Below are positions 10,423 to 19,789 of a stretch of DNA of 64,000 nucleotides, one piece after another. The position numbers and the translations under genes were made by a program. Source of the stretch: an uncultured Methanosarcinales archaeon. GTDB lineage: Archaea > Nanobdellota > Nanobdellia > Woesearchaeales > CAYMBN01. The stretch spans positions 1 through 64,000 of the forward strand of contig CAYMBN010000006.1 in the NCBI GenBank assembly GCA_964388715.1, written 5' to 3'. Under the pieces are notes generated by a model that was given only the letters and a program-made list of their open reading frames with translations, did not search any database and was not told the DNA's origin. Positions within the stretch are counted from its first letter, which is position 1. Each line of letters opens with the position of its first letter.

Positions 10423-10773
10423 ATGGAAACACCAATTTGGACAATAATTGTAACATTAATTGCGTGTTTTATAGGTGCATTTGGACCTATGTATTTGAAA
10501 AGAGCTTCTGGTAAATTATCGTTTAATATTATTGAATTGATTAAGAATAAGGATTTGATTATTGGAATATTTTTGTATGGGATTGCAACTATTATATTTA
10601 TACCTGCGCTTAAGTTTGGACAATTGTCTGTTTTGTATCCGTTGGTTGCGACAACTTATATGTGGAGTACTTTGATTGCAATTAAGTTTTTAGGAGAAAA
10701 AATGAATAAGTTTAAATGGATTGGAATTATTGTAATTATCATTGGAGTAAGTTTGATTGGAATTGGTGCTTAA
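10423..10773 (+). CDS. EamA/DMT (ArnE/F-like) 4-TM transporter subunit, paralog of the upstream gene
   Basis: GQLSVLYP, FLGEK..KWIG; tandem pair typical of heterodimeric DMT transporters. Confidence 0.8.
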   Translation: METPIWTIIVTLIACFIGAFGPMYLKRASGKLSFNIIELIKNKDLIIGIFLYGIATIIFIPALKFGQLSVLYPLVATTYMWSTLIAIKFLGEKMNKFKWIGIIVIIIGVSLIGIGA

Positions 10774-10774
10774 G

Positions 10775-11452
10775 ATGAAAACATGGTTAATATCACTTGG
10801 TGGATCAATAATTGTTCCTGATAAGATTAATATTGGATTTCTAAAGAAGTTTAAGAAAATGATTATTAATTTTGTTAAGAAAGGTAATAGGATTATTATT
10901 GTAACTGGTGGAGGCCGTACTTGTAGGGTTTATCAAGGTGAAGCTAAAAAATTGAATAAAACAAAACAAGTTGATCTTGATTGGGTTGGAATAATGGCAA
11001 CAAGATTGAATGCAGAACTTATTAAAGTAATGTTTAAGGAATATGCTTATGAAAAAGTTGTTTATAATCCACATAAAAAGATTAAAACAAAGAAAAAGAT
11101 AATTATTGCTGCTGGTTATGTGCCTGGATGTAGTACTGATAATGATTGTGTATTATTGGCTAAAAGTTTTAAGGCTGATACTGTGGTTAATATGTTTGAT
11201 TTGTATTATGTTTACAATAAAAATCCTAAAAAGTATAAAGATGCTAAACCTTTAAAAGAAGTTTCATGGAAAGAATACAGAAAGATAATTGGAGATAAGT
11301 GGGAAGCTGGAAGACATACTCCTTTTGATCCTGTTGCTGCGAAGAATGCGCAAAGGTTTGGGATGGAAGTTGTGATTGTAAAAGGTACTGATTTGAAGAA
11401 TTTTAAGAATTTGTTGAATGGGAAAAAGTTTAAGGGGACTGTGATAAGATGA
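10775..11452 (+). CDS. pyrH: UMP kinase, archaeal type
   Basis: SLGGS, GGG.T.R.YQ, D.VGIMATRLNA, STD, PFDPVA, GTVI. Confidence 0.93.
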   Translation: MKTWLISLGGSIIVPDKINIGFLKKFKKMIINFVKKGNRIIIVTGGGRTCRVYQGEAKKLNKTKQVDLDWVGIMATRLNAELIKVMFKEYAYEKVVYNPHKKIKTKKKIIIAAGYVPGCSTDNDCVLLAKSFKADTVVNMFDLYYVYNKNPKKYKDAKPLKEVSWKEYRKIIGDKWEAGRHTPFDPVAAKNAQRFGMEVVIVKGTDLKNFKNLLNGKKFKGTVIR

Positions 11453-11955
11453 GCATATTAACAAAAAAAGAGGTTTTGAAGGAGATTAAGAAAGGGAATA
11501 TTAAGATAACTCCTTTTAGGAAAAGTAATCTTGGTCCTGCTTCTTATGATTTGACACTTGATAATAAATTTAGAAAGTTTACAACCGATAAGATTATTGA
11601 TATAAGAAATAATACTAATTATAAAAAGTATACTAGAGCGTTTACAGCAAAAACAGTTTTGTTACATCCTGGAGAATTTGTACTTGGAGTTACTAAAGAA
11701 AGAATTAAGTTGTCTAAAGATATTTGTGGATGGTTATCTGGTAGGTCTAGGTTTGCTCGTTTAGGATTGACAGTACATATTACAGCTAATTTTGTACAGC
11801 CTGGTATTAATAATAAACAGGTTTTGGAAATTAGGAATTTAGGTAGTTCTGTGCTTAAGTTGAATCCTGGGACAAAGATATGTCAGATTATATTTCAAAG
11901 AACAGAAGGTTCTTCTAAATATAAAGGAAGGTTTGCAAGACAAAGTAGTGTTTAA
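11449..11955 (+). CDS. dcd: dCTP deaminase
   Basis: PASYDLTL, GRSRFARLGL.VH.TA, LEI.N, ICQ. Confidence 0.92.
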   Translation: MSILTKKEVLKEIKKGNIKITPFRKSNLGPASYDLTLDNKFRKFTTDKIIDIRNNTNYKKYTRAFTAKTVLLHPGEFVLGVTKERIKLSKDICGWLSGRSRFARLGLTVHITANFVQPGINNKQVLEIRNLGSSVLKLNPGTKICQIIFQRTEGSSKYKGRFARQSSV

Positions 11956-12293
11956 GATTCTTCTACATTATTTTCAATTAGTTTGTCAAGGTCTCCTTGT
12001 GTTTCTGCTTCAGAATTAGTTTCAATTTGTTTGATTTTAGATTCTTGTTTTTGAGTAGTTTCCTGTTGTTTTTCTTTAGAAACCCAACTTTCTTTACCAT
12101 CCCAAGTATCATCACCGCTACCAGCAAAATTAACTTTAAGCCAAACTTCTTTACCACAGTTACATTTGATTCCTTTATAGTGTTGATGACCTGAGAAATG
12201 TGATTTCCAGCCAAAGGTTTCCTCTAGATTATTCTTACAATACGGGCAAGTAAATCTTACTTCCTTTGAATCCATATTATGATGATGTTCCAT
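11952..12293 (-). CDS. Zn-binding hypothetical protein
   Basis: CPYC...CNCGK, GSGDD.W, acidic tail. Confidence 0.65.
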   Translation of the reverse strand: MEHHHNMDSKEVRFTCPYCKNNLEETFGWKSHFSGHQHYKGIKCNCGKEVWLKVNFAGSGDDTWDGKESWVSKEKQQETTQKQESKIKQIETNSEAETQGDLDKLIENNVEES

Positions 12294-12415
12294 GATAAAT
12301 GAGAATCAAATTGGATTTATAAATTTAATGGAAAGTTGTCGTAGTTGTTCCGGTGTCTAAAACATAACGTTAAATTTATATAATACTAATATTTTGAGGT
12401 TATAAAGGTGTTTAG

Positions 12416-12970
12416 ATGTATGAAATTACAATTCTAGGAAGAGGCGGGCAAGGTGCTAAAACAGCTGCTTTGTTCTTAGCTGAATCTGCTCTTACAGGAG
12501 ATAAATATATTCAGGCATTTCCTGAGTATGGGCCAGAAAGAGCTGGTGCGCCTGTGATGGCATATGTTAGAATAAGTGATAAACCCATTACAATACATTC
12601 TGCTGTTGTACATACTGATGTTTTTGTTGTTATTGATGATACTTTAATTGGGCAGATAGATGTTAAAGAGAAATTGAAAAAAGATGGTGTTTTGATTGTT
12701 AATAGTGAAAAAAGTTCTGAAGAGATTAAAAAGATATCTAAATTTGCCGGGAATGTTCATGTAGTTGATGCTACTAGTATTGCAATTGATCTGTTTGGTA
12801 AAAATATTCCAAATACACCAATGCTTGGTGCTTTAGTTAAGATAACTAATGTTGTTAAACTTGATATTTTGAAAAAGAATGTTGAAAAAAAGTTTTTAGG
12901 AAAGTTGGGGAAGGATATTACTAATAAAAATATACAAGCAATTGATCGTGCTTATAAAGAGGTTAAATAG
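12416..12970 (+). CDS. porG: pyruvate/2-oxoacid:ferredoxin oxidoreductase gamma subunit
   Basis: GRGGQGAKTA, FPEYGPERAGAP, PNTPMLGAL. Confidence 0.93.
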   Translation: MYEITILGRGGQGAKTAALFLAESALTGDKYIQAFPEYGPERAGAPVMAYVRISDKPITIHSAVVHTDVFVVIDDTLIGQIDVKEKLKKDGVLIVNSEKSSEEIKKISKFAGNVHVVDATSIAIDLFGKNIPNTPMLGALVKITNVVKLDILKKNVEKKFLGKLGKDITNKNIQAIDRAYKEVK

Positions 12971-13245
12971 TGAAGAAAAAAACTCATAAAGAAATTCCAA
13001 TTGGTGGATTGATAACAGAAGCAGGTAATTCTGCTAAATTTAATACTGGTAGTTGGAAAGCTTTTTTGCCTGTAAGAGATGAAAAAAAATGTACTCAATG
13101 TTTACTTTGTTGGTTATATTGTCCTGACATGGCTATTAAAGTTAAAAATGGTAAAATACAAAAGTTTGATGAATTTCATTGTAAAGGATGTGGAATATGT
13201 GCAAAGGAGTGTCCTGTGAAATGTATTAAAATGGTGAAGAAATGA
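12970..13245 (+). CDS. porD: pyruvate:ferredoxin oxidoreductase delta subunit (2x[4Fe-4S])
   Basis: TGSW, CTQCLLCWLYCPD, CKGCGICAKECP. Confidence 0.95.
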   Translation: MKKKTHKEIPIGGLITEAGNSAKFNTGSWKAFLPVRDEKKCTQCLLCWLYCPDMAIKVKNGKIQKFDEFHCKGCGICAKECPVKCIKMVKK

Positions 13246-14402
13246 AAAAATTAATCAAAGCGTTAACAGGAGCAGAAGCTGTTGCAAATGCAATGCGACA
13301 AATTAATCCAGATGTAGTAGCTGCATTTCCGATTACTCCACAAACACCAATCATGCATGCATTTTCAAAATATGTTGCTGATGGTGATGTTGATACTGAG
13401 ATGATTCTTGTTGAATCTGAACATTCTGCAATGTCAGCTGTTGTTGGTGCAGGTGCTGCTGGTGTAAGGACAATGACTGCGACAAGTTCAAATGGTCTTG
13501 CGTTAATGCATGAGATTGTTTATATTGCTGCATCATCAAGATTACCTATTGTAATGCCTGTTGTAAACAGAGCATTAAGTGGGCCTATTAATATTCATTG
13601 TGATCATTCTGATACAATGGCTGAGCGTGATTCTAGTTGGATACAAATTTATTCTGAGAATGCACAAGAAGCTTATGAAAATACATTGTTAGCTTTGAAG
13701 CTGGCTGAGAATAAGGATGTTTTGTTACCTGTTATGGTTTGTATGGATGGTTTTATTACAAGCCATTCAATGGAAAGGGTTGAATTGTTGGAAGATGGAA
13801 TTATTAAGAAGTTTATTGGAACATACAAACCAAAACATAGTTTGCTTAATACTGAAAAACCTTTCACATTTGGACCATTAGATTTTTTTGATTATTACAT
13901 GGAACATAAAATGCAACAAAAGATTGCAATGAAGAATGCTAAAAAGGTTTATCTTGAAGTTGGAAAAGAGTTAAGTAAGATAACTGGTAAAAATTATGGT
14001 TATTTTGAAGAATATAAACTTAAAGATGCTGAATATGTTATTGTTACTATGTCTTCAACAGCTGGTACAACTAAGTTTGTTGTTGATGAATTAAGAAAAA
14101 AAGGAGAAAAAGTAGGATTGCTTAAGTTAAAATTGTTTAGGCCATTTCCTGGTAAAGAGATTATGAAAGTTTTATGTAAAAAAAAAGTTGTTGCTGTGCT
14201 TGATAGAAGTGATTCGTTTGGTGCAGAGGCACCGTTGTTTGTTGGAATCAAGTCTGCAATGTATGACTGTGATGTTAAATTACAAAGTTATGTATTTGGA
14301 CTTGGAGGAAGAGATATTAATCCTGAAATGATTGAAGAAGTGTTTGATGATTTGGAGAAAAATAAATTTAGTGAAGAAAGTGTTTATTTAGGTGTAAGAT
14401 GA
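13242..14402 (+). CDS. porA: pyruvate:ferredoxin oxidoreductase alpha subunit
   Basis: FPITPQT, ESEHSAMS, PINIHCDH, FRPFP, GLGGRD. Confidence 0.95.
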   Translation: MKKLIKALTGAEAVANAMRQINPDVVAAFPITPQTPIMHAFSKYVADGDVDTEMILVESEHSAMSAVVGAGAAGVRTMTATSSNGLALMHEIVYIAASSRLPIVMPVVNRALSGPINIHCDHSDTMAERDSSWIQIYSENAQEAYENTLLALKLAENKDVLLPVMVCMDGFITSHSMERVELLEDGIIKKFIGTYKPKHSLLNTEKPFTFGPLDFFDYYMEHKMQQKIAMKNAKKVYLEVGKELSKITGKNYGYFEEYKLKDAEYVIVTMSSTAGTTKFVVDELRKKGEKVGLLKLKLFRPFPGKEIMKVLCKKKVVAVLDRSDSFGAEAPLFVGIKSAMYDCDVKLQSYVFGLGGRDINPEMIEEVFDDLEKNKFSEESVYLGVR

Positions 14403-15319
14403 ATTTAAAAGAATTTTCAAAACAAGAGGATAAATTGATTGGTGGACATAGACTTTGCGCTGGTTGTGGTGCACCAATTGTTGTAAAAATGGTACTTAGT
14501 GCTATAAAGGATATGAATGTTGTAATTGCAAATGCAACAGGATGTTTAGAAGTTGCTACAACTATTTATCCGTTTACTTCTTGGAAAGTTCCTTGGATAC
14601 ATAATGCTTTTGAGAATGCAGCTGCAACTATTTCTGGAGTTGAGACTGCATATAAAGTTATGAAGAAAAAAGGTAAAATAAAAAAGGACATTAAATTTGT
14701 TGCGTTTGGTGGTGATGGTGGAACTTATGATATTGGATTACAAAGTTTATCAGGTGCAATGGAACGTGGACATAATTTTGTTTATGTATGTTATGATAAT
14801 GAAGCTTATATGAATACTGGAATTCAAAGGAGTAGTGCAACACCATATGGGGCTGCTACTAATACTGCACCAGCTGGTAAAGTACATCAAGGTAAAGAGC
14901 AATTTAAAAAAGATCTTGTTAGTATTGCTGCAGCACATCATATTCCTTATGTTGCGCAAGCAATAATATCTGATTGGAATGATTTAATGAAAAAGGCGCA
15001 GAAAGCGTTTAATGTAAAAGGACCTGCTTTTCTTAATGTGTTATCTCCATGTCCACTTGGTTGGCGTTTTGCATCTGATCAAAGTGTTGAGATTGCAAAA
15101 TTAGCTGTAAAAACAAGGTTTTGGCCATTGATTGAGTGTGAGAATGGAAAATGGACATTAAATAAGGATGTTACTAATCCTTTACCAATAATTGAATGGA
15201 TTAAGCCACAGAAAAGGTATAAACATTTATTAAAACCAGAGAATAAAGGTATAATTGAGAAGATTCAAAAGCATGTTGATTCTGAATGGGAAAGGATTAA
15301 GAAACTGTGTTCTAACTAG
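14399..15319 (+). CDS. porB: pyruvate:ferredoxin oxidoreductase beta subunit (TPP-binding)
   Basis: GHRLCAGCG, ATGCLE, GGDGG.YDIG, DNEAYMNTG, SPCP. Confidence 0.95.
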   Translation: MNLKEFSKQEDKLIGGHRLCAGCGAPIVVKMVLSAIKDMNVVIANATGCLEVATTIYPFTSWKVPWIHNAFENAAATISGVETAYKVMKKKGKIKKDIKFVAFGGDGGTYDIGLQSLSGAMERGHNFVYVCYDNEAYMNTGIQRSSATPYGAATNTAPAGKVHQGKEQFKKDLVSIAAAHHIPYVAQAIISDWNDLMKKAQKAFNVKGPAFLNVLSPCPLGWRFASDQSVEIAKLAVKTRFWPLIECENGKWTLNKDVTNPLPIIEWIKPQKRYKHLLKPENKGIIEKIQKHVDSEWERIKKLCSN

Positions 15320-15349
15320 TAATCTTTTAAAATTAAAAATTTTAAACGA

Positions 15350-15384
15350 TTTGGAAATCTTTTTGATTTCCAAAACTTTATAAA
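15350..15384 (+). promoter_or_regulatory. 10-bp inverted repeat abutting the nop5 TATA box
   Basis: TTTGGAAATC-TTTTT-GATTTCCAAA (15350-15374), then TTTATAAA (15377-15384) about 24 nt before the ATG. Confidence 0.6.
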
Positions 15385-15407
15385 TAAACCACCTATAAGA
15401 GGTATTT

Positions 15408-16274
15408 ATGGGGAAATATTTATTCACAAACTCACTAGGTAGCTTTGTATTTGATGAAAAGCTTAAACTAGTTGATAAAGGAGAAGAGAAAAAGCTTAGT
15501 AAGAAGTATAAGGATGCTATTAAAACAGATGATCCAAAAATTGTAAATGGGATCTTGAGATTATTTAAAGAGCAAGCTAAGAAGTTTTATGAGCCTAATT
15601 TAAAGTTTACAAAGCAGAAAGTAAAGGATTCTGTTAATTCTGATAATTTGGTTGTGCAGACAATTGATAATATTGAAGAAATTGATAAAGCTGCTAATTT
15701 ATTGGTTAAAAGGTTAAGAGAATGGTATGAACTTTATAATCCAGAGTTTTCCAAAGGTATTGCATCACATGATAAATTTGTTGAATTGATTCTTGAAAAG
15801 GTGAGTAAGAAGAAGAATTCAATGGGTGCTGAGTTAAGTAAAGAGGATTTAAAGCCAATAATGTCTTTAGCTAAGAAGATTAATGAGTTGTATAAGTTTA
15901 GAGAAGAACAGAAAAAATATCTTGAAAAGATTATGAAAAATAATTATAAGAATCTTACAGCTGTTGCAGGTGTTTTGATTGGAGCAAAATTGTTAGCGCA
16001 TGCTGGTTCATTGAAAAAATTAGTGTTATTTCCTGCTTCAACAATACAATTGTTAGGAGCTGAAAAGGCATTGTTTAGGCATATTAAAACAAAAGCAAAA
16101 TGTCCTAAATATGGATTAATTGTAAATCATCCTATTGTCTCTCAAGCCAAGAAGAAAGGTAAAGCTGCAAGAGCTGTAGCTGATAAAATTAGTATGGCTG
16201 TTAAAATTGATTATTTTAAAGGGAAGTTTATTGGTGATAAACTAAGGAAAGGTTTGGAGAAAAGGTTTGGATGA
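15408..16274 (+). CDS. nop5: Nop5 (Nop56/58) box C/D sRNP core protein
   Basis: RLREWY...PE, PASTIQLLGAEKALFRH, PKYG, GKAAR. Confidence 0.93.
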   Translation: MGKYLFTNSLGSFVFDEKLKLVDKGEEKKLSKKYKDAIKTDDPKIVNGILRLFKEQAKKFYEPNLKFTKQKVKDSVNSDNLVVQTIDNIEEIDKAANLLVKRLREWYELYNPEFSKGIASHDKFVELILEKVSKKKNSMGAELSKEDLKPIMSLAKKINELYKFREEQKKYLEKIMKNNYKNLTAVAGVLIGAKLLAHAGSLKKLVLFPASTIQLLGAEKALFRHIKTKAKCPKYGLIVNHPIVSQAKKKGKAARAVADKISMAVKIDYFKGKFIGDKLRKGLEKRFG

Positions 16275-17758
16275 AAACTGAACAAATCATCAAAAAGTTT
16301 GCTCTTGATAAGACAACTTGGACATTTAAAGGATTTCATGGTCTTCCATTTACATTTTATTATATTGGTTATGGGTCATTGAAGTGGTGTAAAAAGTTTT
16401 ATGGTGATCAATGTAAAAAGTCTATGTTCTTTGCAAGTAAAGATTATATAAGATGGTATTGGCCTGATGAAGATATGAGACGATTGAGAAAGTTACTGAT
16501 TAAAAATGTAAATAAAGATGATAATTATTTAAAAAAGATGAGAACAGATTGGGCAAAAAAGCTCAGAGAATTTAATAAAGTTTTAGAAAAGATAAGTAAA
16601 ACAGACTTAAGTAAACTTAATGATAAAGAATTGCTAGAGTTATATGATGAGTTTCTTGTTAAATATATGGAAGAGTTTGGCATTGTTATGACTGTTCAAG
16701 ATGCTTTTTCAATGTATTCTTCTGAGTTTTTAGAGCCTGCCTTTGTAGAAGTTTTGGAAAAACAAGATAAATTAGACAAATTTACTTATTATTATACTAA
16801 ATTACTTTCACCTGTTGAAGATTCATTTATTTCAATTGAAAAGAAGTCAAGGCTAAATATTTTGAAGGAAGTTGAGAAGAATGGTTTTGACTCAGATAAA
16901 GTAAAAAATATACTTAAAGAACATCAAAAAAAGTTTTTTTGGGTTAGAAATAACTATGCAAAACAGCCTGTTTTGGATGTTAAGTTTTTTGTGGATGAAA
17001 TAAAGAATATGATTAAAGAAGGTGTTAAGGCTGAGAAAGAATTGAAAAAGATGGATGATGAAATTAAAGAGATTGTTGAGGAAAAAAAGAAGATAATAAA
17101 GGAGCTTAAGTTAAGTAAAGAGTTTGTTAATTTGATTAAAATAACTGAAAATTTTAGTTATATTCAAGATGAAAGGAAAAAGTATGTTCTTATTGCAAAC
17201 CATTATCAAAGATTGTTTATGAAAGAGATTTCCAAAAGAAAGAAATTGCCTATTAAGATGGTTGAATATCTTGTTTATCCTGAAATAAAGCAAAGAATGT
17301 TTGACAAACAAAAGTTGAAGAAAAGGTATGATTCTTGTGTATGTATACAGGATGATTCTGGTTTTTATGTTTATGAAGGAGAAGAAGTTGATAAATTACA
17401 TGATAAATTGTTTGGTTCTGATAAAGATAAGAATATTACTGAATTAAAAGGTTTATGTGCTTCAAAAGGTAAAGCAAGAGGTACTGTTAAGATTGTCCAG
17501 AAAACACATGATTTAGTTAATTTCAAAGAAGGAGATATTTTGCTTTCTTCCATGACAAGGCCTGAGATGGTTGTTGCTATGAAAAAAGCAGCTGCAATTG
17601 TAACTGATGAAGGTGGAATCACTTCACATGCTGCGATTGTTTCACGAGAGTTGGGTAAACCATGCATAATTGGTACAAAGAAAGCAACAAGTGTGTTTAA
17701 GGATGGTGATATTGTTGAAGTTGATGCTGATAAAGGAGTTGTAAAGAAAATAAAATGA
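16271..17758 (+). CDS. helical domain + C-terminal PEP-utilising mobile (phospho-His swivel) domain protein
   Basis: TDEGGITSHAAIVSRELGKPCIIGT...VEVDADKG; no ATP-grasp or TIM-barrel domain. Confidence 0.88.
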   Translation: MKTEQIIKKFALDKTTWTFKGFHGLPFTFYYIGYGSLKWCKKFYGDQCKKSMFFASKDYIRWYWPDEDMRRLRKLLIKNVNKDDNYLKKMRTDWAKKLREFNKVLEKISKTDLSKLNDKELLELYDEFLVKYMEEFGIVMTVQDAFSMYSSEFLEPAFVEVLEKQDKLDKFTYYYTKLLSPVEDSFISIEKKSRLNILKEVEKNGFDSDKVKNILKEHQKKFFWVRNNYAKQPVLDVKFFVDEIKNMIKEGVKAEKELKKMDDEIKEIVEEKKKIIKELKLSKEFVNLIKITENFSYIQDERKKYVLIANHYQRLFMKEISKRKKLPIKMVEYLVYPEIKQRMFDKQKLKKRYDSCVCIQDDSGFYVYEGEEVDKLHDKLFGSDKDKNITELKGLCASKGKARGTVKIVQKTHDLVNFKEGDILLSSMTRPEMVVAMKKAAAIVTDEGGITSHAAIVSRELGKPCIIGTKKATSVFKDGDIVEVDADKGVVKKIK

Positions 17759-19038
17759 AAGCTGAAGAAGTTAAGGAAAAAATTAGAGAATTAACATGGG
17801 AAAAATGGCTTCAGAGACACTTTGATCCGTTAGTAACTTCATTTTTTACAGAAGGATTTTATGAAAAATCATTTGAAAAAATAGGAATTCCTAATATGAA
17901 AGGTAAAGCGTCATTATTTCAGGAAAGTGTTTGGTATGAAAGTAAAGAAGTATGGGCTCATGCTGTTGAACTGTTAGAAGTTTATTTAAAGAACCATACA
18001 ATGTTGGATGTATCAAATTTACTTGAAAAATTTTATGAACAAAAAAAGAAACATATTCAATATCTTGTTAAACAAAACGGAAATCCTATTGAGAATTTAA
18101 AGGAGATTTATGAAATTTTAAAATCATGTACAACATTCATATGGGTAGCACATGCATTAGAACAAGTTTTCATGAGAAGGCTAAAACAGGAAGTTCCAAA
18201 ATATGTTAAGAAAGATGTTGATAAATTTATAGGAGATGCAAGTTTTCCAAAGAAAAAGAATGTAAACATGTTAATGGAAGAAGCAATGCGAAAAGGTGAA
18301 GATCCAGAAAAGATTGTTAAAGATTATGGGTGGGTAAAAGTTCGTTGCACTTTTGAAGAACCTTTTAGTGTTGATGATATTAAAAAGTTAATAAAGGAAT
18401 TAAAGCCAACTAAAACAGTAAAAAAAGTAGATATACCTAAAGAACTTCAACCTTTATTTAATGATGTACAAGAGCTAGTATATTTTCGTACTGCAAGAAC
18501 AGATATTTTTTATGAACTTTTGTTTTTATCACGACCGATCTTTAAAAGAGTAGCTGAATTTTACAAAATACCATTTTCTGAATTTCCTTATTACACTGTT
18601 CAAAGTTTAATTAATGGAAAACCTAAAAAGTTTGGGAAAAAATATTCGTTTGCACAATATGAAGATAATCATTATTTTGGGGAAGAACCTATTTTGGAGG
18701 ATGAAGTAGTTAAAGAAGTTGATTATGTAAAAGGAACTGTTGCATATAAAGGAATAATAAAAGGTATTGTAAAAATTGTTAGAATAGAAACAGAATTAGA
18801 TAAAGTAAAACAAGGAGATATCTTAGTGACACAAATGACTTTCCCTTCTTTTATCACTGCTATGCATAAGGCATCTGCATTTGTGACAGATGAAGGTGGA
18901 ATTACGTGTCACGCTGCAATTGTTTCACGGGAAATGCATAAACCATGCATAATTGGTACAAAAATTGGTACAAAGGTTTTTAAAGATGGGGATTTGGTTG
19001 AAGTTGATGCTGATAAAGGTATTGTGAGGAAATTATGA
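17755..19038 (+). CDS. helical domain + C-terminal PEP-utilising mobile (phospho-His swivel) domain protein
   Basis: TDEGGITCHAAIVSREMHKPCIIGT...VEVDADKG. Confidence 0.88.
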   Translation: MKAEEVKEKIRELTWEKWLQRHFDPLVTSFFTEGFYEKSFEKIGIPNMKGKASLFQESVWYESKEVWAHAVELLEVYLKNHTMLDVSNLLEKFYEQKKKHIQYLVKQNGNPIENLKEIYEILKSCTTFIWVAHALEQVFMRRLKQEVPKYVKKDVDKFIGDASFPKKKNVNMLMEEAMRKGEDPEKIVKDYGWVKVRCTFEEPFSVDDIKKLIKELKPTKTVKKVDIPKELQPLFNDVQELVYFRTARTDIFYELLFLSRPIFKRVAEFYKIPFSEFPYYTVQSLINGKPKKFGKKYSFAQYEDNHYFGEEPILEDEVVKEVDYVKGTVAYKGIIKGIVKIVRIETELDKVKQGDILVTQMTFPSFITAMHKASAFVTDEGGITCHAAIVSREMHKPCIIGTKIGTKVFKDGDLVEVDADKGIVRKL

Positions 19039-19694
19039 AACAAACAAAATTTCCAGGTATATTTGAAAAGAAAGGAAAACTTTACACTAGAAGTCTAATT
19101 AAGGGTAAGAAGGAATTTAGAGAAAAAATTGTTAGAGAAGGTAAGATTGAATATAAAGAATGGGATCCGAGGAGAAGTAAACTTGCTGCTGCTATTCTAA
19201 AAGGACTTAATCAAATAGGTATTAAAGAAGGACATGTTGTGCTTTATTTAGGTGCTTCACATGGTTATACACCTTCATATATTTCTGATATTATTGGTAA
19301 AGGAGGTTTTATGTTTGCACTTGATTTTGCACCAAGAGTTGTGCGAGATTTAGTATATGTTTGTGAGCAGAGAAAAAATATGACTCCTTTGTTATCAGAT
19401 GCAAATCAACCAATGAGTTATGCTGATAAAGTAACCCAGGTTGATGTGATCTATCAAGATATTGCGCAAAGAAATCAAGCAGGAATATTTTTGGATAATA
19501 TTGATTATTTTTTGAAACCAGAAGGATTTGGTATTCTTGCTGTTAAATCAAGAAGTATTGATATTGCTAAAAAGCCTTTTCAGGTTTATCAAGATGTTAA
19601 AAAAGAATTAGAGAAAAAGGTTACAATAGTTGATTTTAGAAAGCTTGATCCATTTGAAAAGGATCATTGTTTGTTTGTTGTGAAGAAGAAATAA
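19035..19694 (+). CDS. flpA: fibrillarin rRNA/tRNA 2'-O-methyltransferase
   Basis: WDPRRSKLAAAI, VLYLGA, YQDIAQ.NQ, KSRSID, LDPFEKDH. Confidence 0.95.
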   Translation: MKQTKFPGIFEKKGKLYTRSLIKGKKEFREKIVREGKIEYKEWDPRRSKLAAAILKGLNQIGIKEGHVVLYLGASHGYTPSYISDIIGKGGFMFALDFAPRVVRDLVYVCEQRKNMTPLLSDANQPMSYADKVTQVDVIYQDIAQRNQAGIFLDNIDYFLKPEGFGILAVKSRSIDIAKKPFQVYQDVKKELEKKVTIVDFRKLDPFEKDHCLFVVKKK

Positions 19695-19707
19695 AAAAAT
19701 TTATATA
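19694..19707 (+). promoter_or_regulatory. BRE/TATA promoter of the Cys leader-tRNA-Cys unit
   Basis: A-run then TTTATATA (19700-19707), about 24 nt before the ATG at 19731. Confidence 0.7.
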
Positions 19708-19730
19708 TTAGCATAAATTTCTAATTAGTT

Positions 19731-19760
19731 ATGAAACAAACAATAGATTGTTGTTGTTGA
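19731..19760 (+). CDS. putative cysteine-sensing leader peptide MKQTIDCCC
   Basis: ATG AAA CAA ACA ATA GAT TGT TGT TGT TGA, at leaderless spacing from the TATA and directly upstream of tRNA-Cys/cysK/cysS. Confidence 0.7.
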   Translation: MKQTIDCCC

Positions 19761-19789
19761 ATTCTTTCATTGTTTTAGTTTTAACTCTA

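Noticed and set aside
12328..12360. Micro-ORF MESCRSCSGV (CxxC) upstream of the Fe-S por operon
   Set aside because: It lies upstream of the por TATA (about 12375-12382) and only about 5 nt from the TATA serving the divergent gene, so it is unlikely to be on the por transcript
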